DNA of 64,000 nucleotides from an uncultured archaeon (GCA_964407715.1 CAYOWP010000003.1:15732-79731), one strand, 5' to 3'. Shown: positions 1 to 10,531, counted from the stretch's first letter. Notes: generated by a model from the letters alone, not told the origin. Numbers and translations are program-made.

Positions 1-3000
1 TTGTTTTTTGTAGATATCCCGTATTATTGCGATAGGTTGCATTAACTATTACAAGAGTAGGTGTTGGACATAGAATATTAGAAGATGGTTTAAAACATCC
101 ATTATCATCATTATATTCAAGAGAATATAAAGCATCACCACATTTAAATGTTCCATAATCCAATTCGGTTATAGGATCAAAATTATTCATGTGAGAAATA
201 CAAACATCAACATATGAAAGATCCCCTTGAGCATTAAATAATAAATTCTCTAAGGTGACATTCAATTTATTTGTAGTTGTAAACTCAAAAATCTTATTGC
301 CTCTATTTTTATAATAAAATAGTGTTATGTTCATATTGTATTGAGATGGTGTCTCATTAAGTGAAATAGAATAGTTTAAATTATTATAAGTATAAACAAG
401 ATTGCTAAAATTACATAAACCAACAACCTCATTGCACTCAATATAATATGATTTATTATGAGATAAGTCATCCAAGATAATTGTAGCATTTGTTTTCTCT
501 GTTATAAGTAAACCATTTGATAAATTAAATAATATTTCAAATGATTGTCCTCTATTGTATATCCCAGCCTCTTTATATATAACCACTATTATTCTATCTA
601 CAATTGGTATGTCTCTCACCATAGAAGAAGAGTTTGAATAGTTGCCACCATAATCTTTTACATATAGTATGATAGAATAGTTACCAGTCTCATTAAGATA
701 TTTTCTTGGAACCTTTATCCAAAAGGTTCCGTTCGCATAATCACCGTAGAATATTGTGAAATCTGAAGAGGAAATAGAGACATTAGAGAAGATCCCCGAA
801 GGATAAGTGATCTCAACCACTGCCTCTGATATAGCAGTATCGTCACTTGCATTAAACACAATACCTAATTCATAATCCACATTAGATGTATTGTAAAGGA
901 AATATTTTCTATTATCTCCAGAATCCCATCCAAAAGCCCACCATGAAAGTGTTGGAGGTTGTGTATCAGTAGGTTTTAAGATGATGTAGCCAGTATCATT
1001 ATATATCTTCTCAGAGGTTGCACCATGTAAAACAGATACATTTATTGGCACTATTGTATCATTAATGATAGTAGTGGAGGTAAGGTTATAAGGTATTAAT
1101 AAGCAATTATCATGATAGTTGTAATAGGAAAGGTATTTTACATGTTTTTCTGGAGATTCTGTATAATTACCAATAGAGGTAAAGTTGATATATGTAGTAT
1201 TGGTTATGTTCAAAATGACAGTTACGTTATATAGATCACCATTTTTTGGGCATAGATGAATATAGGATAAGTTCTTAATCTCATTAGATAAAAATACGTT
1301 ACCAACTCCTCCCTCTGCACTAAGCACAATCTCTGGTTTTCCAAAGTTCACAAAGAAAGAGCTTTTTACTGTGAGATTCTTATCTTTTTGTGTGAAAATT
1401 GACTTTAAAGTATATTCTCCTGAGATGTTTATATTAAACAGATAACTTGGAAAGGAATAATTATAACATGTATAATTAGAAAGTATTTTTGCAAGATAGA
1501 ATGTGATTTCATGTATATAATCCGTACCGCTCCCCTCTATGGCAATGAGAATCTTGTTTGTTCTTATAGGATTTATAAATGTAAGATTGAGATATTGTGG
1601 TGTTGAATTATAGGGAATGTAGATGTTTTGGGTTGATGTATCCTCAGTTTCAACATATTTTCCTTGTTTTAAATCATAGTAATAAACTCGAAGAATCTCA
1701 TTGGGGCCATAGGGAGATTCTCCATACAAGCTAATGCCGCTAAAGACATATATATTATCAAATATATATGTAAGATTGGCATTTCCTGTAATGTATGTAT
1801 TGAATGTTGCATATGTCTCTAAATTACCATCATAAGATTGCTCTCCATAATCCACATAGCTTACATTAGTAATTCCTATAGGAACCTTAAAAACATCTGA
1901 TTGAGATTCATCAGCATAACACAAGTTCTCGGTAGTTGTGGAAAAGGAATAATAATCTATCTCATCAATATATCCGAATAATGTTCTGTTAATAAAAAGA
2001 GATAAATCATGTATAGGGGTAAGATTTCCTACAACACGAATCTCAGCATAGTTATTATCTGTTATATTTATGACCTCTTTATTTATAACAAATTTTGGAA
2101 TTACAATCTCTAAAGGAAATCTTTTTGAAATCATGCTTTTTGTGGTATAGTTAAATGTGTAGTTGTACTTATAAAGATATGTCAACAAACCTGTTTTATT
2201 TGTGGTGATATTAATACGTAACGTTATTGTTGTTCCATTAGTCAAATTGCCCAAGTCAATATAAGGATTATCATAACTTATCTCCACATACTTCTTTATG
2301 ATTCCTGTACCATTATCTATCTCAACAATGATATTATTGTTCATTTTGATTTTTGATGGATCTGAAAATGAAAAGTTAAGTGTTGCTGAATGCAAATCTC
2401 CATCTAAAACCTTTAAAGTCACATTAAAAAATCCAGTTTGATTGGCAAGAATCCTATAAACTGGAGAGGATGCTATTTTAATCAACTTGCCCGGTAAAAC
2501 ATAGAATTTCTTATGCGCTGTTAGAGGAGAAAAGTATGAATTCGTAGAAGCATTATAGTTTTTTAACTTTACTAAAGCATCAGCATAATAAACACCTGAA
2601 GAATTAAGTGGAAGAGATAAAGTATAGTTTACCATAAATATCATATTTTGCTTATCCTCTACAATACCTTCTAACTCAAAGTTAGAAAGATTATAAAAAA
2701 GAGTTTGGTTAACCACTTTTCCACTTTCATTAATTATTTCTCGTGTAATATTAAGATAAACTTCCTCAACATCTGTGGCGTTGTTATGTATAACTATCTT
2801 CAAATCACTATTATTTCCATAAGGATATATCTCTTTAGATATAAAAATCTCAATATATGGGTTTAGCACATATGTATAATATGCCATAGAATCATTATAT
2901 TTTCCTGAGTAATCTGAGATATTCGCATAAACCAAGGTTTTTCCAGGAGAAGAAGCATTAACATATAGGAATATAGGATGATTAAGAGGCGTAGAGAGAT

Positions 3001-3856
3001 TTGGCAATGTCTCCCCTGATCTCACATCACCTACACATACATTCAGGTTAGTTATAGGTGTCAAAATAGATTCATTAAAAATCGTAAAATTCCTCCAAAC
3101 ATCAAATGCCCTTCCATTATGCGTGGCATCATTAACATTTCTTATATGTGGAAACAAAGCCAACACATCTCCCACATAAGCATATGGATATTCTCTTATC
3201 CCCAATGTCCAATTAACCTCCTTATTTTTAGTGTATTTGTTCTGAAGAACAAGTTTTGGTGCCAAAATGTATGTGGAGGTTGAAGGCGAGCCGCATGATC
3301 CCCATCCCCACCCCACATTTCTCCAGTAATATAAACTCGCATTAAAATCTATAGAGATATCTCTTTCTTTGTAGGGTAAGGTATGAACGAAAGAGATATT
3401 TAAAAATGTGACTCCTGATGAATCTCCATCAAGATGGTCACAAATAAACTGATCATTTTCGTATGTACAAGCTCCAATAGAATCTGAAGGGCAATATCCT
3501 GCAAAATATTTGCAATCATACCCATTAGTACTACTATTATAATAACACATAGTAATGCATAAAGAATTATCGTACAAGGATCTAAACATTATTTTTTTAG
3601 GATAGTTCATCTCCTTCAAAGGTAATTTTATCTCATATTTACAATCATTATCACATCCACATCCTCCCTCATCACTTACTATGCTACTATAATTCACAAA
3701 TCTTTCTAAAGTATTTGCATCTCCACTCGTGATTTTGTTTGCATCTGTAGAATTAGTTGTTACTTTTATATATTGTGAATATGAAGGAGTTAAAAAAATA
3801 TAAAGCAGTACAATAAGAATAACCAAACCAAATGGATTAGATAATATCTTACGCAT
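1..3856 (-). CDS. Giant secreted, N-glycosylation-rich, Cys-containing surface protein. Partial: the stop codon lies beyond the left window edge, and more than 1280 aa fall inside the window
   Basis: Hand translation from the ATG at 3856-3854 gives MRKILSNPFGLVILIVLLYIFLTPSYSQ (signal peptide) followed by a continuous reading frame rich in N-x-S/T sequons. The ORF track shows no other ORF of 60 aa or more in 1-4344. The track omits ORFs without an in-window stop, which is why this one is absent. Confidence 0.7.
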   Translation of the reverse strand, partial: MRKILSNPFGLVILIVLLYIFLTPSYSQYIKVTTNSTDANKITSGDANTLERFVNYSSIVSDEGGCGCDNDCKYEIKLPLKEMNYPKKIMFRSLYDNSLCITMCYYNSSTNGYDCKYFAGYCPSDSIGACTYENDQFICDHLDGDSSGVTFLNISFVHTLPYKERDISIDFNASLYYWRNVGWGWGSCGSPSTSTYILAPKLVLQNKYTKNKEVNWTLGIREYPYAYVGDVLALFPHIRNVNDATHNGRAFDVWRNFTIFNESILTPITNLNVCVGDVRSGETLPNLSTPLNHPIFLYVNASSPGKTLVYANISDYSGKYNDSMAYYTYVLNPYIEIFISKEIYPYGNNSDLKIVIHNNATDVEEVYLNITREIINESGKVVNQTLFYNLSNFELEGIVEDKQNMIFMVNYTLSLPLNSSGVYYADALVKLKNYNASTNSYFSPLTAHKKFYVLPGKLIKIASSPVYRILANQTGFFNVTLKVLDGDLHSATLNFSFSDPSKIKMNNNIIVEIDNGTGIIKKYVEISYDNPYIDLGNLTNGTTITLRINITTNKTGLLTYLYKYNYTFNYTTKSMISKRFPLEIVIPKFVINKEVINITDNNYAEIRVVGNLTPIHDLSLFINRTLFGYIDEIDYYSFSTTTENLCYADESQSDVFKVPIGITNVSYVDYGEQSYDGNLETYATFNTYITGNANLTYIFDNIYVFSGISLYGESPYGPNEILRVYYYDLKQGKYVETEDTSTQNIYIPYNSTPQYLNLTFINPIRTNKILIAIEGSGTDYIHEITFYLAKILSNYTCYNYSFPSYLFNINISGEYTLKSIFTQKDKNLTVKSSFFVNFGKPEIVLSAEGGVGNVFLSNEIKNLSYIHLCPKNGDLYNVTVILNITNTTYINFTSIGNYTESPEKHVKYLSYYNYHDNCLLIPYNLTSTTIINDTIVPINVSVLHGATSEKIYNDTGYIILKPTDTQPPTLSWWAFGWDSGDNRKYFLYNTSNVDYELGIVFNASDDTAISEAVVEITYPSGIFSNVSISSSDFTIFYGDYANGTFWIKVPRKYLNETGNYSIILYVKDYGGNYSNSSSMVRDIPIVDRIIVVIYKEAGIYNRGQSFEILFNLSNGLLITEKTNATIILDDLSHNKSYYIECNEVVGLCNFSNLVYTYNNLNYSISLNETPSQYNMNITLFYYKNRGNKIFEFTTTNKLNVTLENLLFNAQGDLSYVDVCISHMNNFDPITELDYGTFKCGDALYSLEYNDDNGCFKPSSNILCPTPTLVIVNATYRNNTGYLQKT

Positions 3857-3910
3857 ATAAAATATTTAACTCCAAACTTTAATAAAAATTTTGCCTTTCT
3901 TTTTCTTCTG

Positions 3911-4150
3911 GAGAAGAAAATCGCTGTTACCAAATACCTTTAGCATGCTATCTTTTTCAATGATTAGCCGCTGCAATGCTCTCTAATAAGAGTTATGGTT
4001 CCCATTAACCATTTATCCTTTTTAAGGTTAGCTGCTGTAATGTAGCGCATTGATAAGGTATGCTTTCCCTTAACCATTTTATAAGAAATAATCAACGGAA
4101 AGATTAGGAGGCTAATTGCTTCAAAATGTCTTTGTAACAGATGTATCTCT
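3911..4150. repeat. Family B palindromic-module array (degenerate). Units contain GGTTAGC(T/C)GCT and TTCCC(A/T)TTAACCAT
   Basis: Repeated ggttagctgct...ttcccttaaccat units can be read directly in the sequence. Confidence 0.6.
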
Positions 4151-4287
4151 CATTAAATCCTCATCAAAAAATTATTGGACAATTTGTTCACGGGAAATAT
4201 AGCCATATTCAAAGGGTTAACCGCTCTAATGCGCTTCTTTAAAGGGTTATGTTTCCGCTTAACAATAAAGAATTATTGGACAATGCC
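4151..4287. mobile_element. Family A MITE half-element, reverse orientation, ending in the TIR AATTATTGGACAATGCC
   Basis: Reverse complement matches the left half of the full elements (ggcattgtccaataattctttattgttaagcggaaa...cccgtgaacaaattgtccaataattttttgatgagga). Confidence 0.6.
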
Positions 4288-4344
4288 ATGATTTTTCAAA
4301 ATCCAAAAAATTTTAAATTTTTCTAAATAAGATAATATATACTT

Positions 4345-5559
4345 ATGAAAGAGATTTTTCAAAAGCTCTATAAAAACATAAAAAATGTTACATATAAATT
4401 TGCACTTCCTGTTGCGCTTTCTTGGTATTGCTTAGTTGGAAATCCACAAGGATTGCCATTCTATAATATAAAAAATGCCTATGCAGAGATTAAACATATC
4501 AAAATTAAAGATGAGATCAGATTATCAGAAAAAGAATATATATGTTCAAGTGATAAGGTTTATGATCATAATAATGGCACAATACTATATACTAGATTTG
4601 AATGTTTAAATTCAGAAGATAATGACGACGCAAGAACAATTTTGATGTTTATCATTAATAAAGATAAAGTAAAAAAGGAAATAGATGAATATCTTGAACA
4701 TGTGGGTGACAAAACATATAATTCTACTGCTGATGAAATAATGTTACCATCGAAATGGACATATTTTCCATCTACTCCAGGATATGCCTTTGATTTACTA
4801 CAAGGAGAAGAGTATCCAGACATAATAAGACAGGGTGAAAGAGATAGAGTATTTGCACGTCAACTTGCTGAAAATACTATATTTACGTTTGAAGTAGTTT
4901 ATTATCCATATAGCAATAAACTTGATTTTATATTGGGTTTTTTATCATCTGAAATGTGGAAATTAATTCCAAAAAGCAATCCTCGGATTGATTATATCAA
5001 AAGAAGAGAGAAAATACCTGTATCCTTATGTGTATCTTCTCCTTGCTTAGAAGATGAAAATTCTGTTATTGAAGGTCGAATATTAGTGGATCCTTTCGTA
5101 AATAACATGGAATTTATTGAAGAAATAAAAAAGCATGTTCCTTATTTTATGTGCATAGATATTGGATATCTTTCCCCATATCTTGAGGATCAGCCAAAAG
5201 AAATCATAGAAAAAGCAAGAGACATAGTGGAGAAGAGTCTAGTGGTAGTTATTCCTCAGTATTATTATAGATTTGTGTGTTCTGATACAGATAAAAAAGA
5301 TAATTTTTATTTTGATGTTGAAATAAGCAGAGATTATTATACCTACACCGATACTTCCAAGTTTTATGTAGTAGTAAAATTGGAAGAAGGAAGCACAATA
5401 AAGGAAATTGTTAAAAAGGCAAGAAGAACTTTCACATATGAAAATGTAAAAACGGGAGCTGAGATAACAAAATACTTCTTTAAAATCCTATGGGATACTA
5501 TAAAAGAAAGCGTCACAACCAAATCTAATGAAAATAAGGATGAAAACTCTTCTCAATGA
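4345..5559 (+). CDS. Hypothetical protein (404 aa) with no recognisable domain
   Basis: Long ORF in an AT-rich genome with repeat arrays on both sides. Confidence 0.55.
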   Translation: MKEIFQKLYKNIKNVTYKFALPVALSWYCLVGNPQGLPFYNIKNAYAEIKHIKIKDEIRLSEKEYICSSDKVYDHNNGTILYTRFECLNSEDNDDARTILMFIINKDKVKKEIDEYLEHVGDKTYNSTADEIMLPSKWTYFPSTPGYAFDLLQGEEYPDIIRQGERDRVFARQLAENTIFTFEVVYYPYSNKLDFILGFLSSEMWKLIPKSNPRIDYIKRREKIPVSLCVSSPCLEDENSVIEGRILVDPFVNNMEFIEEIKKHVPYFMCIDIGYLSPYLEDQPKEIIEKARDIVEKSLVVVIPQYYYRFVCSDTDKKDNFYFDVEISRDYYTYTDTSKFYVVVKLEEGSTIKEIVKKARRTFTYENVKTGAEITKYFFKILWDTIKESVTTKSNENKDENSSQ

Positions 5560-5584
5560 TATTTACCCTTCAAAAATAAGTATA

Positions 5585-6060
5585 ATGGTTAAGGGAAATC
5601 ATATCCTCTAAAAAAATCGCATAACAGGATAGTAACCTTCAAGAGAAGGATAGCCGCTTCAAACTGCTTTGAGAGACCACATCTTCCACTCAACCATTTT
5701 AAATAAAATTTTGTTAACGTGAAAAATTGCTCCCTAAACCACATTATTGCATTGTAACCTCTATGAAAAGTTACCTGCTTTAATGTGCTTTTTTAGAGGG
5801 TTATGCTTCCCCTTAACCATTCTCTCATTTTGAAATATGGTTACCGGGAAGATATCGCTCTTTTAAGGTACATTGCAGCATGCTAACCTTTTTTTGAGGT
5901 TAGCTGCTTCGGAACCTCATCAAAAGGTTAGCTGCTTTGACATGCTGAACAAAAAGGTTATACTGCCTGTTAACCATTCTTTATTTTTTAGAAATAATTG
6001 GTTAACGCGAGGAATAGCCATCACAAAAGATACCGCTCCTAAAGTTTTATAGCATAACTA
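5585..6060. repeat. Family B palindromic-module array (about 4 units)
   Basis: Units such as cattgtaacctctatgaaaagttacctgctttaatgtgcttttttagagggttatgcttccccttaaccat. One unit is nearly identical to a unit at 8236-8296. Confidence 0.7.
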
Positions 6061-6121
6061 TTTTCTATACCTAATCTTTTTATGCAAACTTAATAAAATT
6101 TTTTGTATCAAATATATTGTT

Positions 6122-6811
6122 ATGAAAATAAATCGTACATTATCACAAATCGAAATTGATAAAGGCGTGGGAAAGGAGATAGAAAAGAAATTACTCAATG
6201 CAAAGGATAGAATCATAGTTATCTCTCCATGGATATCAAAAAGATATATAAGCATATTACACAAAAAAACTCATGAAATCAAAGATCTTAGAATTTTTAC
6301 ATATGAAAATGAGGAAAATTATTACTCCATAAATCCATTTGTTGAAAAGAAACTGCATTTAAAAGAATTTGTATTAAATGGCATTCTTACTCTTGTCTCC
6401 TTTTCTCTTTTCATTTACTTGCTATTATACTTCCTTGAATCATATAAATTTATCTTCCTTATCCTAAGCATTTTGGTATTTATATCTTTTTTATTATTCT
6501 TCATAAATCTAAAGGAAAGCTATACTATCCAGTGTAACATGAACATCATAATTCAATCAGAGAATGATGAAAACTTTTTGCATTTAAAGGCATATTTGAT
6601 AGACAAGGAGCTATACATCTCATCAGCAAATTTAACAGAAAATGGGATGAGTAAAAATATTGAAAGTATGGTGAGATTCGATGATAATATAGTCATAGAG
6701 GAGTTCCTAAGATATGCTGATCATCTAACCAAAAAAGTAAACATGATTCCTTTAGAAAATTTCATAAAGAAATACTCTATAAAGACAAAGTTTTTTGGAT
6801 TTATAAGATAA
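6122..6811 (+). CDS. PLD-superfamily (single HKD motif) protein with an internal two-helix hydrophobic hairpin. Either a Nuc-like nuclease or a phospholipid transferase; which one is unresolved
   Basis: HLKAYLIDKELYISSANLTENG fits the HxKxxxxD...(G/S)SxN pattern of PLD/Nuc. N-terminal RIIVISPWIS resembles the first PLD strands. LTLVSFSLFIYLLLYFLESYKFIFLILSILVFISFLLFFINL looks like two TM helices. Confidence 0.5.
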   Translation: MKINRTLSQIEIDKGVGKEIEKKLLNAKDRIIVISPWISKRYISILHKKTHEIKDLRIFTYENEENYYSINPFVEKKLHLKEFVLNGILTLVSFSLFIYLLLYFLESYKFIFLILSILVFISFLLFFINLKESYTIQCNMNIIIQSENDENFLHLKAYLIDKELYISSANLTENGMSKNIESMVRFDDNIVIEEFLRYADHLTKKVNMIPLENFIKKYSIKTKFFGFIR

Positions 6812-6823
6812 AGAGGAGATAAA

Positions 6824-7600
6824 ATGGAAATGTTAGAAAAAATACTTTATCTATATTCCTCGGAGAAATATACCATAACAACAACTCTTATAAATGTAAT
6901 TATCGGAATAGCGCTTTTTTATATTGCTCTATTTGTACAAAAACAAAAAAAGATACCTCTAAAGGAATTGTATTATGCTACATTATCATGGGGGATATTG
7001 GGGATAACAATAAGATTCTCAGCTGATATCTTTAATATACAAATGCCTCTCAGATTGTTCTTTATTACTCCTTTTATATACATAGAAATATTCCTTCTTG
7101 CTTTGTGTTTTCTTTATATCAATAGGAAGATATGGACTCATGTTCCTATCTTTATAAGCATCCCTTGTCTCTTATTCCTAATTATAAATGCAAACCACTT
7201 TAGGTTCATGCATGGATTAATAATTATGATATTTACATACGTGGTATATTTATTTGCCAAAAGAAGATATTCACAAAAAGAATTCTCCTTACCAATAACT
7301 TTTCAAAGTTTTGATGGTTTCACAACCTTTATAGCCACAACATATCTTGCTTTTTATGAGGAGCATTTGCTTGCAAATAAAATAACAAAATTAGCAAGTA
7401 ATTATCTATTCACAATAAACAACTCAGGAGCATGGTTATTTCTTCTTATAAAGATTTTGATTCCTGTACTATTAATAGAAATAATAAGGAAAAGCGATTA
7501 TTTAAGAGAAAACAACAACATAAAATTTGTGTTATGGTTCATTGCCTTTCTTGGCTTCTTAACCGGAACAAGAAATTTACTTAACATCCTCTTCATATGA
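6824..7600 (+). CDS. Polytopic integral membrane protein of unknown function
   Basis: Several hydrophobic segments; 13 bp downstream of the PLD-like gene, so probably co-transcribed. Confidence 0.55.
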   Translation: MEMLEKILYLYSSEKYTITTTLINVIIGIALFYIALFVQKQKKIPLKELYYATLSWGILGITIRFSADIFNIQMPLRLFFITPFIYIEIFLLALCFLYINRKIWTHVPIFISIPCLLFLIINANHFRFMHGLIIMIFTYVVYLFAKRRYSQKEFSLPITFQSFDGFTTFIATTYLAFYEEHLLANKITKLASNYLFTINNSGAWLFLLIKILIPVLLIEIIRKSDYLRENNNIKFVLWFIAFLGFLTGTRNLLNILFI

Positions 7601-7604
7601 GCTT

Positions 7605-8400
7605 TGGTTAACGCAACAAAAATCATCCCAGGAGTATTGGAGAAGCTAACCTCTTTTTAAGGTTAGCTTCTCTAATGTGTCTCATTTAGAATGTACGCTT
7701 CCGCTTAACAATTTTCTAATAAATGGTTAACGTGAAAAAATCACTTTCATCCAGGTATTACAGGATCCTAACCTGGTTAAAAGTAGGTGTCTCACAAACC
7801 GCTTAGAGAGGTTAGCTGTTTTGATATGTCTTGTTGATAAGGTATCCTTCCTCTTAACCATTCTTTCATTTTGAAAAATGGTTAACGCGAGGAATAACCA
7901 TTCTAAAAGGTTTGCGGCATGCTAACCCTTTAAAAAAGTCAGCTGCTCACAAACCCCTCTAAAAGGTTACCTGCTCTAATGTGCTTTTTAAGAGGGTTAT
8001 GTTCCCGTTAACCATTTTTTTTATTTTTGAAAAATGGTTAACGCGAAGAATAGCCCTCACGAAAAGGTTCATGGCATTGTAACCGCTTTAAAAAAGGTTA
8101 GCTGCTTCCAAAACGCTCATAAAGGTTAGCTGCTCTAATGTGGTTTTTTAGAGGTTACATCTCCCCTTAACCATTTTTTATTTTAAAAAATTGTTAACGG
8201 GAAAAATAACCATTCTGAAGGGTTTTGCGGCATTGTAACCTCTATGAAAAGTTACCTGCTTTAATGTGGCTTTTTAGAGGGTTATGTTTCCCCTTAACCA
8301 TCTCTTATTTTAAAATGATGGTTAACGGGAAAATATCGCTTTCAAAAACACATCGCAGCATTGTAATCACACAACCGGTTAGCTGCTCCACAAACCACTT
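7605..8400. repeat. Family B palindromic-module array (about 6 units)
   Basis: Repeated ggttagctgctctaatgtg...ttcccgttaaccat[AT loop]atggttaacgggaa...gcggcattgtaacc. Confidence 0.75.
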
Positions 8401-8480
8401 AAAAAGGTCATCATATTGTGAGGTGGATTACTTATATAAAGTCTCCACTTCAATTAACTCTCTCTTATACCAAGTCATTC

Positions 8481-10442
8481 TCATCTTAATCGAACGCTTT
8501 CAAGATTCTTTGGTAAGCTGACATTCATGTTAAAGAATTTTCTGGCTGCATCTGCGAGATCAGCGGATTTTTTGGGCTCACCATGATTGATAATCAAATG
8601 CTTAGGCTTGGATTTTAAATTGTTGAGATATGCCAATAATTGTCTTCTATCACTATGACCAGAAAAGCCTTCTACAGTAACCACTTCCATTTCCACTTTA
8701 ACTCCATTTCCATCATATGGCAATGACACCTCAGCAATGCCCTTCTGAATCTTTGATCCTAAGGTTCCTTGAGCTTGATATCCTATAAATACCAAGGTAT
8801 TCTTCTTATCTGATGCTAATTCCTTAAAGTATTCCAATACAGGACCTCCATTCATCATTCCTGATGTTGATAATATAACACATGGCTCTGGATTATCTAT
8901 AACATTTCTCCTATCACCTGAGCTCTTAATGGGTATAAAAATCTCTTCCCCAAATGGATTATATTCCTCGCGTAAAATCATTTTCTGCATATAAGGAGAC
9001 ATATATTCAGGGTATGTTGTATGTATTGCGGTTACCTCATATATCATACCATCCAAATATACTGGAATATTGAAATCAGGATTTCTCCTTTTGTACTCTG
9101 CAATGGTCATCATTACCTCCTGACTTCTACCAACAGCAAATACAGGTATCAAAACTTTACCTTTTCTCTCAGCTGTCTTTAATATGATATCCATCAATTT
9201 CTCATCAGCCTCTTTTCGTGAAGGAAGAACATCCTCTTTACCACCATAAGTTGACTCTATAAGCATGGACTCTACCCTTGAATAATTTACAAACGCAGGC
9301 TCCAATAACTTACTTGGCCCAAATTTTATGTCTCCAGTATATACAAAATTGTGAAATCCTTGGCCTATATGTATATGAACAGAAGCACTTCCAAGTATAT
9401 GTCCAGCATTGAAGAAAGTTAATCTCATATCTGGTGTTATATCAAAAACTTCACCATAGTTAAGCGTGACCGTATGTCTCAAAGCCTCTTTTATGCCTTT
9501 AGATGTATATGGAGCTACTTCACCAATATTTTTGGACACGTCAATATAATCAAGTTGTAAAAGAGTTGATAAATCCCTTGTGGGCTCTGTCATATACACT
9601 GGCCCGCGATAACCTAATTCATAGAGCATGGGTATCATGCCACAATGATCAGTATGAGCATGAGACAATATAACAGCATCCAAATCATCTAAGGAGAACT
9701 CAGGCGCATCTATATAAGGAAATCTCGCAGAGTGATTCATTCCAGCACCGAAATCCAACAAAACTCTTGATGTTTTTGTTTGTAAAAGAATAGCTGACCT
9801 ACCAATCTCCTCAAAACTTCCTAAGGCAGTAATTCTTACCCATCCTATAGATTTTCCTCCTTTCTTAAGTTGAATCCTCTCTCCTATCTTTTCAAGAAAC
9901 TTCTTTCTATATGTTCTCTCCTCATGTATTATTTCTCTTGCCTTATTTACAATTGGCGATGGTATCAATGGCACCCTTTGAAATTCAACATCCCACAATG
10001 TCTCTCTTTTTATTTTTTTTATTATCTCTCCTTCCTTCCCAATCACCATCCCTGGTCTCTTTGCAAAGATAATCATCTTAGAGAATTCAGGCTCAAAAAG
10101 AATCTCTTTTATCTCTGCCTCTTCTGGAGCTAACTTCATAACCAATTCCTTAGCTTTTTCAGGTGGCATAGAAATTGAAGGATCAGGTCTTACATGTATT
10201 CTCTTTTTTATTGCCTTTGCTAAAGGTCTTAATTTATTTAATCCCTCAATAAAGAAATCCTTATTCTTTGTATATACCACAATATCCGGCCCTTCAAAAC
10301 TCAATTTAAATGGTTTTGCTTCCTCAGGAATATATTTTTTTATACTATCCAAATCCATAACTTCTTCATCCAATTTGATATCCAACATCTCATTATTAGA
10401 ATCCTCTTTCTTGTTTACATTATCTCCTTTTTCTTTTTTCAT
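8481..10442 (-). CDS. fttA: aCPSF1/FttA-type KH-domain beta-CASP metallo-beta-lactamase ribonuclease (transcription termination factor)
   Basis: 653 aa. N-terminal KH-like region, HxHxDH motif (LSHAHTDHCG), and a beta-CASP C-terminal region. Confidence 0.85.
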   Translation of the reverse strand: MKKEKGDNVNKKEDSNNEMLDIKLDEEVMDLDSIKKYIPEEAKPFKLSFEGPDIVVYTKNKDFFIEGLNKLRPLAKAIKKRIHVRPDPSISMPPEKAKELVMKLAPEEAEIKEILFEPEFSKMIIFAKRPGMVIGKEGEIIKKIKRETLWDVEFQRVPLIPSPIVNKAREIIHEERTYRKKFLEKIGERIQLKKGGKSIGWVRITALGSFEEIGRSAILLQTKTSRVLLDFGAGMNHSARFPYIDAPEFSLDDLDAVILSHAHTDHCGMIPMLYELGYRGPVYMTEPTRDLSTLLQLDYIDVSKNIGEVAPYTSKGIKEALRHTVTLNYGEVFDITPDMRLTFFNAGHILGSASVHIHIGQGFHNFVYTGDIKFGPSKLLEPAFVNYSRVESMLIESTYGGKEDVLPSRKEADEKLMDIILKTAERKGKVLIPVFAVGRSQEVMMTIAEYKRRNPDFNIPVYLDGMIYEVTAIHTTYPEYMSPYMQKMILREEYNPFGEEIFIPIKSSGDRRNVIDNPEPCVILSTSGMMNGGPVLEYFKELASDKKNTLVFIGYQAQGTLGSKIQKGIAEVSLPYDGNGVKVEMEVVTVEGFSGHSDRRQLLAYLNNLKSKPKHLIINHGEPKKSADLADAARKFFNMNVSLPKNLESVRLR

Positions 10443-10531
10443 ATATCTCTACCTTCAGTGTTATCAATGAGATAAGCAAAATTATATGAAACATCAACAA
10501 AAAGAAGATTCATAAGAGCAAAATCATGAAT

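Noticed and set aside
7605-8400. Replication origin with ORB/mini-ORB repeats
   Set aside because: The core (TTCCCGTTAACCAT) does not resemble the archaeal ORB consensus (TTCCAGTGGAAAC). No orc1/cdc6 gene is adjacent. Identical arrays occur at eight or more loci in 64 kb.
8225-8521. ORF-track entries lying inside repeat arrays or antisense to strong genes: 8225-8521, 36134-36442, 52643-52879, 52983-53192, 17842-18042 (overlaps tRNA-Cys), 31480-31758 (antisense to the PRC-barrel gene), and short antisense ORFs within tuf, secY, fttA, gdhA, lig and other genes
   Set aside because: They are composed of repeat sequence or are shadow ORFs opposite well-supported genes. They are low-complexity with no motifs. 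The repeat-internal ORFs would be duplicated at every array.
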